A stretch of DNA of 55,735 bases from an uncultured bacterium (GTDB lineage: Bacteria; Deinococcota; Deinococci; Deinococcales; Trueperaceae): the NCBI GenBank assembly GCA_964565625.1, contig CAZMFX010000001.1, positions 3,058 to 58,792 on the forward strand, given 5' to 3'. The notes under the pieces were generated by a model. That model was not told the DNA's origin, made no database searches, and saw only the letters and a list, made by a program, of their open reading frames with translations. Positions within the stretch are counted from its first letter, which is position 1, and each line of letters starts with the position of its first letter. The position numbers and the translations under genes were made by a program. Of this stretch, positions 42,498-51,070 are shown piece after piece.

Positions 42498-43951
42498 CGC
42501 TCGATGACGACCTTCGTCTGCGTGTAGAACTCGAACCCGTGATGGGCCTGGGCATGCAGGTCGCCGAAGAAGCTGTCGCTCCAGCCGCTGAACGGGAAGA
42601 ACGCCATGGGCGCTGCGACGCCGAGGTTGATGCCGATGTTGCCCGCGATCGCGTTGTGCCTGAAGTGCCTGGCAGCTGCCCCGGAAGAGGTGAAGATGCT
42701 CGCCTGGTTGCCGAAGCGCCTGTCGTTGACGATGGCGATGGCGTCATCCAGGCTCTCGGCGTGCATCAGCGCCAGCACGGGCCCGAAGACCTCGTTCGTC
42801 GCGATGGTGCTGCGGGGGTCTACCTGGTCCAGCACGGTCGGGTGCACGAAGTAGCCGTCCCGGAACCCGTCGACCTCCTTCTCGCGGCCGTCCACCAGCG
42901 CCCTCGCACCCTCCTTGAGCCCCTGGTCGACAAGCGACCCTATGCGCTGCTTCGATTCCGAGCTGATGACTGGCCCCATCTCCACGCCGTCGTCGAGCCC
43001 GTAACCCACCTTGCGGCTGGTCGCCGCGGCGGTGATGCGCTCCGTGAACTCACCTCTCGCCTCACCCACCGTGATCACCGCAGACGTCGCCAGGCACCGC
43101 TGACCGGCGCAACCGAACGCCGAGTCTGCCAGGATCCGCGTCGACATCTCCATGTCGGCATCGGGCAGCACGATCGCCGGGTTCTTGGCCCCACCCTGGC
43201 ACTGCGCGCGTTTGCCGTTCGCCGCGGCGCGTGAGTATATGTACTTCGCGACCGGCGTCGAACCTACGAAGGAGACGGCCTTCACATCGGGGTGATCGAG
43301 GATCGCGTCAACGGTCTCCTTGCCGCCGTTCACCAGGCCGACGACGCCAGGCGGGAAGCCGGCCTCCTCGAACAGCCTGAACAACAGCTGCGTCGTCATG
43401 GGCACCTTCTCGCTCGGCTTGAGCAGGAAGCAGTTCCCAGATGCGACCGCGTACGGCATGAACCACAGCGGGATCATGCCGGGGAAGTTGAACGGCGTGA
43501 TCGCCGCCACAACGCCCAGCGGCTGACGGATCATGTGCTCGTCTATGCCGTGCGCGATGTCCTCGTTGTTCGTGCCCTGCATCATTATCGGGGCGCCGCA
43601 TGCGACCTCGACGTTCTCTATGCCGCGCGCCATCTCCGCGAACGCCTCGCCGTACGTCTTGCCGGCCTCGTTCGTTATCGTCCTTGCCAACTCCTGCTGG
43701 TGCGAGATGAGCAGGTCACGCAGCTTGAACAGGGGCTTGATGCGGTCCACGACCGGCGTCTCGCGCCACGCCGGGAACGCCTCCCGCGCGGCCTTGACCG
43801 CCGCGTCGACCTCTTCCGCGGGGCTGAGCGGAACCATCGCGATCGTCTCGGCCGTCGCCGGGTTGCGCACCGGGCTCGTGCTTCCCGCCTGAGAGCGGGT
43901 CCACTGACCGCCAACGTAGTTGAGAAGAACCTCTGCCTGCGCCTCTATCAT
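42467..43951 (-). CDS. mmsA: CoA-acylating methylmalonate/malonate-semialdehyde dehydrogenase
   Basis: 494 aa. NYVGGQW, FNFPGMIPLWFMPYAVASGNCFLLKPSEKVP, catalytic Cys context FGCAGQRCLA. Confidence 0.9.
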   Translation of the reverse strand: MIEAQAEVLLNYVGGQWTRSQAGSTSPVRNPATAETIAMVPLSPAEEVDAAVKAAREAFPAWRETPVVDRIKPLFKLRDLLISHQQELARTITNEAGKTYGEAFAEMARGIENVEVACGAPIMMQGTNNEDIAHGIDEHMIRQPLGVVAAITPFNFPGMIPLWFMPYAVASGNCFLLKPSEKVPMTTQLLFRLFEEAGFPPGVVGLVNGGKETVDAILDHPDVKAVSFVGSTPVAKYIYSRAAANGKRAQCQGGAKNPAIVLPDADMEMSTRILADSAFGCAGQRCLATSAVITVGEARGEFTERITAAATSRKVGYGLDDGVEMGPVISSESKQRIGSLVDQGLKEGARALVDGREKEVDGFRDGYFVHPTVLDQVDPRSTIATNEVFGPVLALMHAESLDDAIAIVNDRRFGNQASIFTSSGAAARHFRHNAIAGNIGINLGVAAPMAFFPFSGWSDSFFGDLHAQAHHGFEFYTQTKVVIERWPKQWSRTF

Positions 43952-44127
43952 CGTTCCGCTCCGTCTCCGGGTATGGGGTATCTGGGGCCCGCCCCTTGGG
44001 CACGAGCCGTTACCGGTTGTGGCTTGCAGGCATTCTACGCCTAGGCCAGGGCGGTGGTCAGGGTCGGACCGGCTAGCATTGGCGCACCAACCTGACGCTC
44101 GAGCCAGTTCACTCGAGAGGAGAGGGC

Positions 44128-45858
44128 ATGGAACAACCGGGCCATGGCGTCGCTCACGCCGACTACTACGACCTGGGAAAGTACGGCAGACAGGTGCGCA
44201 CCCGGTCGGCCGAGGCGCAGGTCTGGTTCGACCGTGGCCTCAACTGGTGCAACGGCTACAACCACGAGGAGGCGATCCGTTGCTTCCAGCGCGCCGCAGG
44301 GCTCGACCCGGACTGCGCCATGGCGCACTGGGGGGTCGCGTACGCCGCAGGCTGCAACTACAACAAGCCGTGGGAGGCGTTCCTCGAGGAGGAACGCACG
44401 CAGGCGCTGGCGCAGGCTCACGCGGCGACGCTCCGCGCCAACGAGGCGATAGCGCGAGCCGGTGACGACGCATGGCCGGCGGAGGCCGCCCTGGCGGCCG
44501 CGATCTCGAGGCGCTATCCCTCGCCGGCCGCCGGCGACGGCGCCCCGTTCCAGGCGTGGAACGACGACTACGCAGACGCCATGCGCTCCGTGCACGCGGC
44601 CTTCCCGGACGATCACGACGTCGCAGCGCTCTTCGCAGAGGCCCTCATCAACCGCACGCCATGGCAGCTATGGGACCTCGCGACGGGCGAGCCACGTGAC
44701 GGCGCGGACACGCTCGAGGCCCAGCGGGTGCTGGAGCATGCCATCGCAACGCGCCGGGCAGACGGCATGTCGCCGCATCCCGGACTGCTCCACGTCTACA
44801 TCCACACGATGGAGATGTCCCCGCGACCGGAGGCCGCGCTGATGGCAGCCGACGCGCTGAGGGACCTGGTGCCCGACTCCGGTCACCTGCGCCACATGGC
44901 GTCGCACATCGACGTGCTCTGCGGCCTCTACTACGACTCCCTCGTCGCGAACGAGCGCGCGATAGCGGCAGACGACGCGTACTTCGCGACCAGCGGCGAC
45001 GGCTTCTACACGCTCTACAGGTGCCACAACATCCACTTCAAGATCTACTCTGCGATGTTCCTCGGTCAGCTCGCGCCCGCGCTCGAAGGCGCGAGGCAGC
45101 TGGAGGAGGCGCTGCCCGAGTCCCTGCTGAGGGTCGAGATGCCTCCGATGGCTGACTGGCTGGAGGGCTTCGTGAGCATGGGCGTGCACGCGCTGATAAG
45201 GTTCGGCCGCTGGCACGACATCCTCGCCCTGCCGCTCCCGGAAGATCCGCGCCTCTACTGCGTCACGACCGCTATGACGCGCTACGCGCGCGGCGTGGCG
45301 CTCGCCGCGTTGGGAGACGTCCGGCTGGCGGGTGAGGAGCGCACGGCGTTCAGGGCCGCTGCGCAGCTGGTGCCGGAGAGCCGCACGGTGTTCAACAACA
45401 CGTGCCGCGACATCCTCGGCGTCGCATCGGCGATGCTCGACGGCGAGCTCGAGTACAGGAGGGGCGAGCACGAGAAGGCGTTCGCGAGCCTGCGCGACGC
45501 GGCCCGGTTGGCAGACGAGCTGCCATACGACGAGCCGTGGGCATGGATGCAACCCGTCAGGCATGCGCTCGGCGCACTGCTCCTCGAGCAGGGCCGCGCC
45601 GAGGAGGCGCTCGAGGTCTACAGGGACGACCTCGGCCTCTCCGGCAGGTTGCCACGGGCGCTCCAGCATCCGGAGAACGTCTGGGCGCTGCACGGCCTCG
45701 TCGAGTGCCTGGAGCGACTGGGGCGGCACGACGATGCCGCACCGTTCGCGCAGCGACTCGAGATCGTACGTGCCAGGGCAGACGTCGCGATCGACTCGTC
45801 TTGCTTCTGCCGGCTCGAGACCGGCTCGGGCAACGGGGAAGCCCACCACTGCTGCTAG
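44128..45858 (+). CDS. Conserved hypothetical TPR-like protein with Cys/His-rich C-terminus
   Basis: 576 aa. GAGGAGAGGG SD. Helical-repeat composition, motif CAMAHWGVAYAAGCNYNKPWEAF. The tail is DSSCFCRLETGSGNGEAHHCC. Confidence 0.8.
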   Translation: MEQPGHGVAHADYYDLGKYGRQVRTRSAEAQVWFDRGLNWCNGYNHEEAIRCFQRAAGLDPDCAMAHWGVAYAAGCNYNKPWEAFLEEERTQALAQAHAATLRANEAIARAGDDAWPAEAALAAAISRRYPSPAAGDGAPFQAWNDDYADAMRSVHAAFPDDHDVAALFAEALINRTPWQLWDLATGEPRDGADTLEAQRVLEHAIATRRADGMSPHPGLLHVYIHTMEMSPRPEAALMAADALRDLVPDSGHLRHMASHIDVLCGLYYDSLVANERAIAADDAYFATSGDGFYTLYRCHNIHFKIYSAMFLGQLAPALEGARQLEEALPESLLRVEMPPMADWLEGFVSMGVHALIRFGRWHDILALPLPEDPRLYCVTTAMTRYARGVALAALGDVRLAGEERTAFRAAAQLVPESRTVFNNTCRDILGVASAMLDGELEYRRGEHEKAFASLRDAARLADELPYDEPWAWMQPVRHALGALLLEQGRAEEALEVYRDDLGLSGRLPRALQHPENVWALHGLVECLERLGRHDDAAPFAQRLEIVRARADVAIDSSCFCRLETGSGNGEAHHCC

Positions 45859-45969
45859 GGGCCTCGTTGTCTGGTCGCCCGCGGCCGCTCATCGCTGAAG
45901 GCGCTTCCGATGCAATCGTGTCGTATGCCGGATAGAGCGGATACAAAGGGTGGTGACGAAGAGGTCGAG

Positions 45970-47169
45970 ATGCGGAGGGGCCAGCCCGACCGCTTCGCGA
46001 CGCTGGCGGTGCGCGCGGGCTCCGATCCCGACCCTGCCAGCGGCGCCCACGCCACTCCCATCTACCAGACGAGCACGTTCCTCCTTGGCAGCGTCGAGAG
46101 GGGCGCCAGGCTCTTCGCGGGCGAGGAGCATGGCGGCATCTACTCGCGGATAGGCAACCCGACGGTGGCTGCGGCGGAGCGCAAGCTCGCGGCGCTCGAG
46201 GGCGCAGAGGCGGCGGTCGCGTTCGCTACGGGCATGGGCGCCATCGCCGCCACGCTCATCTCGCTGCTGCGTCAGGGCGACGAGGTCGTCTACCTCGGCC
46301 CCTTGTACGGGGGCACGGCGGCCCTGCTTAGGGACCTGCTGCCCCGGTTCGGCGTGACGGCGCACGAGGCCACGGTCGCGACGTTGCCTCAGGCGATCAC
46401 CGACAGGACGAGGCTCGTGTACGCGGAGACGCCGACGAACCCGACGCTGCGGATCCACGACCTGCGCGCCATGGCGCGAACGGCACGCGATCGCGGGGTG
46501 CTGACGATGGTGGACAACACGTTCGCCACCCCGTACCTGACGCGGCCTCTAGAGCTTGGTGTCGATCTCGTCGCCCACTCTGCCACCAAGTACCTGGCAG
46601 GCCACGGCGACGTGCTGGCCGGCTTCGTGGCGGGCGCAGCCGAGCTGCTCGAGCCCGTGCGGCTGGAAGGCCTTCGCCACGTCGGCGCGATGCTCGATCC
46701 TCACGCCGCGTTCCTCGTGCTGCGCGGCATGCGCACGCTACACCTGCGTATGGAGGCCCACTGTCGCAACGCGAGAGCCGTCGCTCGGGCGCTACAGGGC
46801 ATGCCCGCCGTGAGAGAGGTTCACTACCCGGGACTGGAGACGCATCCCGGCTTCGATATCGCGGCAAGGCAGATGCGCGACTTCGGGGGGATGGTCGCCA
46901 TCGAGCTGGAGGGCGGGGCACAAGCGGCGGAGGCGTTCCTGGCGGAGCTGCGGGTCATCGACCATGCGGTCTCGCTCGGTGACGTGGCGTCACTGGCCTG
47001 CGTGCCGGCCGCCAGCACGCACTTGCTTCTCGGTGAGGACCTGGAGGCCGCCTCGATCTCGAGCGGCTTGGTGCGCATAAGCCTCGGTATCGAGGACCAG
47101 CGCGACCTGGTCGAGGACGTCGAGCGGGCGGCCGAGGCGGCCGCCCGTGTCGCGGAACCGGTCGCTTAG
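45970..47169 (+). CDS. Cys/Met-metabolism PLP-dependent enzyme (methionine gamma-lyase / O-acetylhomoserine sulfhydrylase family)
   Basis: Trimmed to ATG 45970. FATLAVRAGSDPDPASGAHATPIYQTSTF, PLP-lysine context HSATKYLAGHGD, ASLACVPAASTH. Confidence 0.9.
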   Translation: MRRGQPDRFATLAVRAGSDPDPASGAHATPIYQTSTFLLGSVERGARLFAGEEHGGIYSRIGNPTVAAAERKLAALEGAEAAVAFATGMGAIAATLISLLRQGDEVVYLGPLYGGTAALLRDLLPRFGVTAHEATVATLPQAITDRTRLVYAETPTNPTLRIHDLRAMARTARDRGVLTMVDNTFATPYLTRPLELGVDLVAHSATKYLAGHGDVLAGFVAGAAELLEPVRLEGLRHVGAMLDPHAAFLVLRGMRTLHLRMEAHCRNARAVARALQGMPAVREVHYPGLETHPGFDIAARQMRDFGGMVAIELEGGAQAAEAFLAELRVIDHAVSLGDVASLACVPAASTHLLLGEDLEAASISSGLVRISLGIEDQRDLVEDVERAAEAAARVAEPVA

Positions 47170-47549
47170 CTCGAGAGCTCGTCCGACATGGGGTCGGTCG
47201 GGGTCGGGGCCTGTCCGGCGCCGGCCTGCTGTGTGCCGGCCGGCTCGGCACCCGCGGGCTGCGCAGGTCCTCCCACGCGATCGACGGCGATGGTGAGGTT
47301 CGCCGCCAGCGCTGCGATGGCACCTATCGCCGCCCACACCGGAAGCAGCACAGTGCCGATGACGCCGAGCGTCAGGGGGATCTCTATGAGGACCTTGCCG
47401 TCGTCGTTCTTGATCGTTATGCGACGCACGTTGCCCTCGTGCACCAGCTCCTTGACCTTGGCGAGCACCCGCTCGCCTGAGACGCGGAACTCCTCCGTGT
47501 AGTGCCTGCGTTCGTCCTGGCCTTGCGTGTCCTGCTGTTGGTCCGTCAT
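47166..47549 (-). CDS. DUF4342-like protein
   Basis: 127 aa. EEFRVSGERVLAKVKELVHEGNVRRITIKNDDGKVLIEIPLTLGVIGTVLLPVWAAIGAIAAL matches my recollection of the DUF4342 pattern. Low-complexity Ala/Gly/Pro/Gln tail. Confidence 0.75.
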   Translation of the reverse strand: MTDQQQDTQGQDERRHYTEEFRVSGERVLAKVKELVHEGNVRRITIKNDDGKVLIEIPLTLGVIGTVLLPVWAAIGAIAALAANLTIAVDRVGGPAQPAGAEPAGTQQAGAGQAPTPTDPMSDELSS

Positions 47550-47650
47550 CGCGGCTCCTCTCTTGGCGGGCCGTCACAGACCGCCCGCACCGTGACGACA
47601 GGCTAGGGCCGCGCGAGGGGCGCACGCATCAGCCGTTCGGATGAGCCTGC

Positions 47651-48319
47651 CTACACACCTGAGGACCACAGCCCGGTCCGACCGTCGGGCAACGCAACGT
47701 CGTCGAGTATCGCGGACAGCCCCTGTCGCATCGACGCCTTCTCCTCTGCGCTCCCAGCGAAGACGCGGGTCACGAACTCGAAGCATGTGCCATCGAAGTA
47801 GAGCCGTCTGAGCCCCGTCCCCTCGCCACCGCTCTCGGCCGTGTCGTCGATCCAACCGAAGGTGGCGGTGGCGTGGTCGCCGCCGCCGCCGACGCTCGGG
47901 AGCCTGTCGGCGAACTCGGCGGTGGGATCGAGGACGCATGAGGCCTCGGTCTCGAGGTCTTGCCGCTGCGTGACGGCGAGACCCGCCGAACCTTCCTGCG
48001 CCCCTGTTGTCGATGGGAACAGGCAGTACTCGAAGGTGGAACCGCAAGCCTTTGCGGCTGCCTTGTCCAGTTGATCGCCGTCCACGACGAGCGTGTAGCC
48101 CTGCGGGTAGCGCAGGAGCACGTTCGCGTCGCCGAGCGATACGGTCCTGCCGTCGCCGGGCGGCGGTCGCTGCTCCGGCTCACTCGCCGGCATGACCGTC
48201 AGGGTGCTCGCAGCTGGATCGGGGCGTCGGGCATCGGCGGTGTCGTCCCACGGCCGCGTGACGATCACGGCCGCCAGCAGCACCGCGCTAACGATGAGAA
48301 GGACGACACCCCGACCCAC
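47651..48319 (-). CDS. Hypothetical N-terminally anchored/secreted protein
   Basis: 222 aa, GTG start. N-terminal helix GRGVVLLIVSAVLLAAVIVT, four Cys in the extracytoplasmic part. No family recognised. Confidence 0.6.
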   Translation of the reverse strand: MGRGVVLLIVSAVLLAAVIVTRPWDDTADARRPDPAASTLTVMPASEPEQRPPPGDGRTVSLGDANVLLRYPQGYTLVVDGDQLDKAAAKACGSTFEYCLFPSTTGAQEGSAGLAVTQRQDLETEASCVLDPTAEFADRLPSVGGGGDHATATFGWIDDTAESGGEGTGLRRLYFDGTCFEFVTRVFAGSAEEKASMRQGLSAILDDVALPDGRTGLWSSGV

Positions 48320-48386
48320 GAGCGCAGTATCGCGGTCGAAGATGCGACAACTTTGACCGTACGGTTAAGGTCGGCTGTCCAGACGG

Positions 48387-48755
48387 TCAGTTGAGCGGGC
48401 GCATGTGCCGGCGCAGGCGCTGAGCCATGACGGACATGACGTGCAGCCCGAACGTCGGGGACCGCCTTATCAGGTGCTTGAACCACTCCTGGTCGATGGG
48501 CTCAACGGTTATCTCGGTGCGTGCTATGGCATCGGCGCTGCGCGGCGCCTCGTCGACGATCGCCATCTCCCCGAACACGTTGCCTGGCCGTAGCTCTTCT
48601 ATGCTCTTGCCCTCGAGGACAATGTCTACGGTGCCCTCGATGAGCACGTACATCTCGTTCGCGGCATCGCCGGCGCGGAAGATGACCTCGCCGGCCGGAT
48701 ATGTCCGGGCCTTGGGCGAGTCCTTGAATATCTCGAGCACGTCCATGCTCACCAC
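48387..48755 (-). CDS. Stand-alone cyclic-nucleotide-binding (CAP/Crp effector) domain protein
   Basis: cNMP-binding pattern YPAGEVIFRAGDAANEMYVLIEGTVDI..GNVFGEMAIVDEAPRSADAIA. No HTH follows. I prefer GTG 48755 as the start (GGAGAGG SD, about 5-8 nt spacing). Alternatives are ATG 48746, ATG 48851 and GTG 48875. Confidence 0.75.
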   Translation of the reverse strand: MVSMDVLEIFKDSPKARTYPAGEVIFRAGDAANEMYVLIEGTVDIVLEGKSIEELRPGNVFGEMAIVDEAPRSADAIARTEITVEPIDQEWFKHLIRRSPTFGLHVMSVMAQRLRRHMRPLN

Positions 48756-48849
48756 GACCACCTCTCCTCTCGGGAAGGTAAGCATCGCACACGTAGTAGC
48801 CTCTGCCAACGCCGAGGCGTCAGGGGGTGCAGTGAACGGAAGCTCTGAC

Positions 48850-49371
48850 ATGACACTGACCGTTCGCCTCCTCACGGCGGACGACGCGCCCGCGTACAGG
48901 CAGCTGCGGCTCGAGGCCCTGAGGCTGTCGCCGACCGCTTTCGGCTCGAGCTACGAGGACGAGCTGGCCCGCGACCCGGCAGTCACGCTCGAGCGCATCT
49001 CCCCCACTGAGAACAGCCGCGTGTTCGGCGCGTTCCGCGCAGACCGCCTGGTCGGCACCGTCGGCCTCCGGCGGCAGACGGGGAGGAAAGATCGGCACAA
49101 GGCGTTCGTGTGGGGCGTGTACGTGACGCCGGCCGAGCGCGGCCTCGGCATCGCTCGCCGACTAATGTCCGTGGTCATCGAGCAGGCGCGAGGCCTCGCC
49201 GGGCTGGCACGGGTCAACATCGCGGTGAACGCGGCCAACGAGCCGGCACGCAGCCTCTACGAGAGCCTCGGTTTCGAGGCCTACGGCCTGGAGCCAGATG
49301 CGCTGCGGGTCGACGGCGCGTCCATAGAGGAACTGTGGATGACTCTCGCGCTGGATCGAGCGCGATCCTGA
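48850..49371 (+). CDS. GNAT family N-acetyltransferase
   Basis: ORF 48427..49371 trimmed to ATG 48850. 173 aa. Acetyl-CoA motif VYVTPAERGLGIARRLMSVVIEQAR..NEPARSLYESLGFE. Confidence 0.85.
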   Translation: MTLTVRLLTADDAPAYRQLRLEALRLSPTAFGSSYEDELARDPAVTLERISPTENSRVFGAFRADRLVGTVGLRRQTGRKDRHKAFVWGVYVTPAERGLGIARRLMSVVIEQARGLAGLARVNIAVNAANEPARSLYESLGFEAYGLEPDALRVDGASIEELWMTLALDRARS

Positions 49372-49373
49372 CC

Positions 49374-49637
49374 TCAGCCTTGGGGCTCCGTCCGGGACCC
49401 CATGCCTCCGTCCTGCGATCCGCTCGAGCCCCTCTCGTCTTCGAGAGCGAACGAGATCTTCGTGTTGACGCGCCACTCGGCGATGCGGTCGCCATCGACG
49501 ATCGCCTGCATGTCCTTGATGTAAATGGTCTTGATGTTCCTCACGGAGCGGGAAGCTTCTCGTAGCGCCGTCTGCACGGCATCTTCGAAGCCCTTCTCTG
49601 ACTGCGCCAGTACCTCTATCACCTTGACGACGGACAT
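49374..49637 (-). CDS. Dodecin-family flavin-binding protein
   Basis: These are the last 87 codons of the spurious ORF 49374..50240. GGAGG SD before ATG 49637. MSVVKVIEVLAQSEKGFEDAVQTALREASRSVRNIKTIYIKDMQAIVDGDRIAEWRVNTKISFALED is the dodecin pattern. Confidence 0.8.
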   Translation of the reverse strand: MSVVKVIEVLAQSEKGFEDAVQTALREASRSVRNIKTIYIKDMQAIVDGDRIAEWRVNTKISFALEDERGSSGSQDGGMGSRTEPQG

Positions 49638-49719
49638 GTCGCACCTCCATCCAGCTTGGAGACGACCGTAGCAGCAGCGCCTTAGCGCCCCATTAGGCGG
49701 CCGAGTACTATGCGCTGGG

Positions 49720-51060
49720 TTGGCGACAGACGTCCTCTTCCCCTCCGTCTCGCGCCTGGTGCGCTTCGCCCTGCCCGCGATGCTCGCCGGGATGACCGTC
49801 CCGCTGATGGGCCTCATCGACGTCGCGGTGCTCGGTAGGCTCGGCGAGCCGGCCATCATCGCGGCCGTCGGCGTGGCCGCCACGATCTTCACGACGATCG
49901 CCTGGTCGTTCAGCTTCCTGCGCTTCACCACTACCGGCCTCGTCTCCCAGGCGGCGGGTCGCGGCGACGACGCAGGCATCGTTGTAGAGGGGTTGCGCCC
50001 GCTCGTAGCAGCGCTCGTCGGCGGCGTGGCCCTGGTGCTGCTCAGGGAACCGCTGATCTCGCTGGGGCTGGCGCTCATCGCCCCCGAGCCCGATGTCGCC
50101 GCCCACGCACGCACGTACTTCGGGATCCGGATCTTCGGGGCGCCGCTCACGCTCTCCCTGTACGCGATGCAGGCGTGGCTCATGGGAACGGGCAGGCCGC
50201 GCGCGCTGCTGGCCTCGCAGGCTTTCATGACGGCGTTCAACGCGGCTCTAAGCGCCTACCTCGTGCTGGTCCGCGACATGGGCATCGGCGGGGCGGCGAT
50301 CGCCACCGTATCGGCGGAGGTCGTGACGGTGGCGATCATCGTCGCCATCGCGTTGACGCACGTACCGCTCGCCCGCTGGCGCGCCGCGAAGGGGGTTCTG
50401 GACGGCAAGGCTTGGCGGCGCCTTCTGTCTGCCAACACCGACCTGGTCATAAGGACCGTCCTGCTCAGCCTCAGCCTCGCGCTGCTCAACGAGCGCAGCG
50501 CGCGACTCGGTACCGACGTGCTCGCGGCCAACCAGCTCCTCCTCCAGTCGTACCTGCTCGTCGCGACGCTCATAGACGGCGTGTCGCTCGGCGTCGAGGT
50601 ATACGTCGGGCGCGCTGTCGGGGCGAGGAACGCCGACGCGCTACGCCACGTCGTCTCGCGCGGCGCTGTCATGGCGATCCTCTGGGGTGTCGCCGTCGCG
50701 GCGCTGGTCGCCGCGGTGCCAGGCGTCTATCTCCCACTGCTGACGAGCAACGATGAGCTGATAGCGCTGGCGCGCTCGTACTGGGGCTGGCAGGTCGTGA
50801 TGCCCCTGGTGGCGGTGTGGGCGTTCCTGTGGGACGGCGTCTACTTCGGCTCGGTGCGCACGTGGGCGCTGCGGAACTCGATGATCGTGTCAACGGCGAT
50901 ATACGTCGTAGCGGCCTTCGCCCTGGGGGCCGTCATGGGCAACCATGGTCTATGGCTGGCGCTGGCCGTGCAGCTCGTCGCCAGGGCGGCGACGCTTTCG
51001 CTTGCGTGGCCCGGCCTGGTGCGGACGGTCGAGTCCTCGGCCGTGGCCGTTCCGACATAG
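49720..51060 (+). CDS. MATE family efflux transporter (DinF-like)
   Basis: 446 aa, 12-TM-like. N-terminus LVRFALPAMLAGMTVPLMGLIDVAVLGRLG. TTG start. Confidence 0.9.
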   Translation: MATDVLFPSVSRLVRFALPAMLAGMTVPLMGLIDVAVLGRLGEPAIIAAVGVAATIFTTIAWSFSFLRFTTTGLVSQAAGRGDDAGIVVEGLRPLVAALVGGVALVLLREPLISLGLALIAPEPDVAAHARTYFGIRIFGAPLTLSLYAMQAWLMGTGRPRALLASQAFMTAFNAALSAYLVLVRDMGIGGAAIATVSAEVVTVAIIVAIALTHVPLARWRAAKGVLDGKAWRRLLSANTDLVIRTVLLSLSLALLNERSARLGTDVLAANQLLLQSYLLVATLIDGVSLGVEVYVGRAVGARNADALRHVVSRGAVMAILWGVAVAALVAAVPGVYLPLLTSNDELIALARSYWGWQVVMPLVAVWAFLWDGVYFGSVRTWALRNSMIVSTAIYVVAAFALGAVMGNHGLWLALAVQLVARAATLSLAWPGLVRTVESSAVAVPT

Positions 51061-51070
51061 GAGGGTCTTC

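Noticed and set aside
45859-45969. A possible SAM/Met riboswitch in the 111-nt region upstream of the methionine gamma-lyase-family gene.
   Set aside because: I could not find the conserved SAM-I core or any other riboswitch signature I recognise. The only structure is a small imperfect hairpin (45890-45912), better explained as a weak terminator of the TPR gene. An Infernal/Rfam scan would be decisive.
48849-48852. Apparent head-to-head overlap of start codons: minus-strand ATG 48851 (cNMP-binding protein) and plus-strand ATG 48850 (GNAT).
   Set aside because: This is probably a start-assignment artefact. The minus-strand ATG 48851 has no properly spaced SD. The cNMP-binding domain is complete from GTG 48755 or ATG 48746, where a GGAGAGG SD exists.
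49706-49722. TACTAT -10-like hexamer 8 nt upstream of the MATE TTG start, which could suggest a leaderless transcript.
   Set aside because: Leaderless translation normally needs AUG or GUG at the 5' end. The start here is TTG, the -35 region is poor, and the evidence is a single hexamer.
49638-50240. An upstream extension of the dodecin ORF (49374..50240), antisense to the MATE gene.
   Set aside because: The dodecin domain begins at ATG 49637 with a GGAGG SD. The extension has no protein-like features and overlaps the MATE transporter gene.
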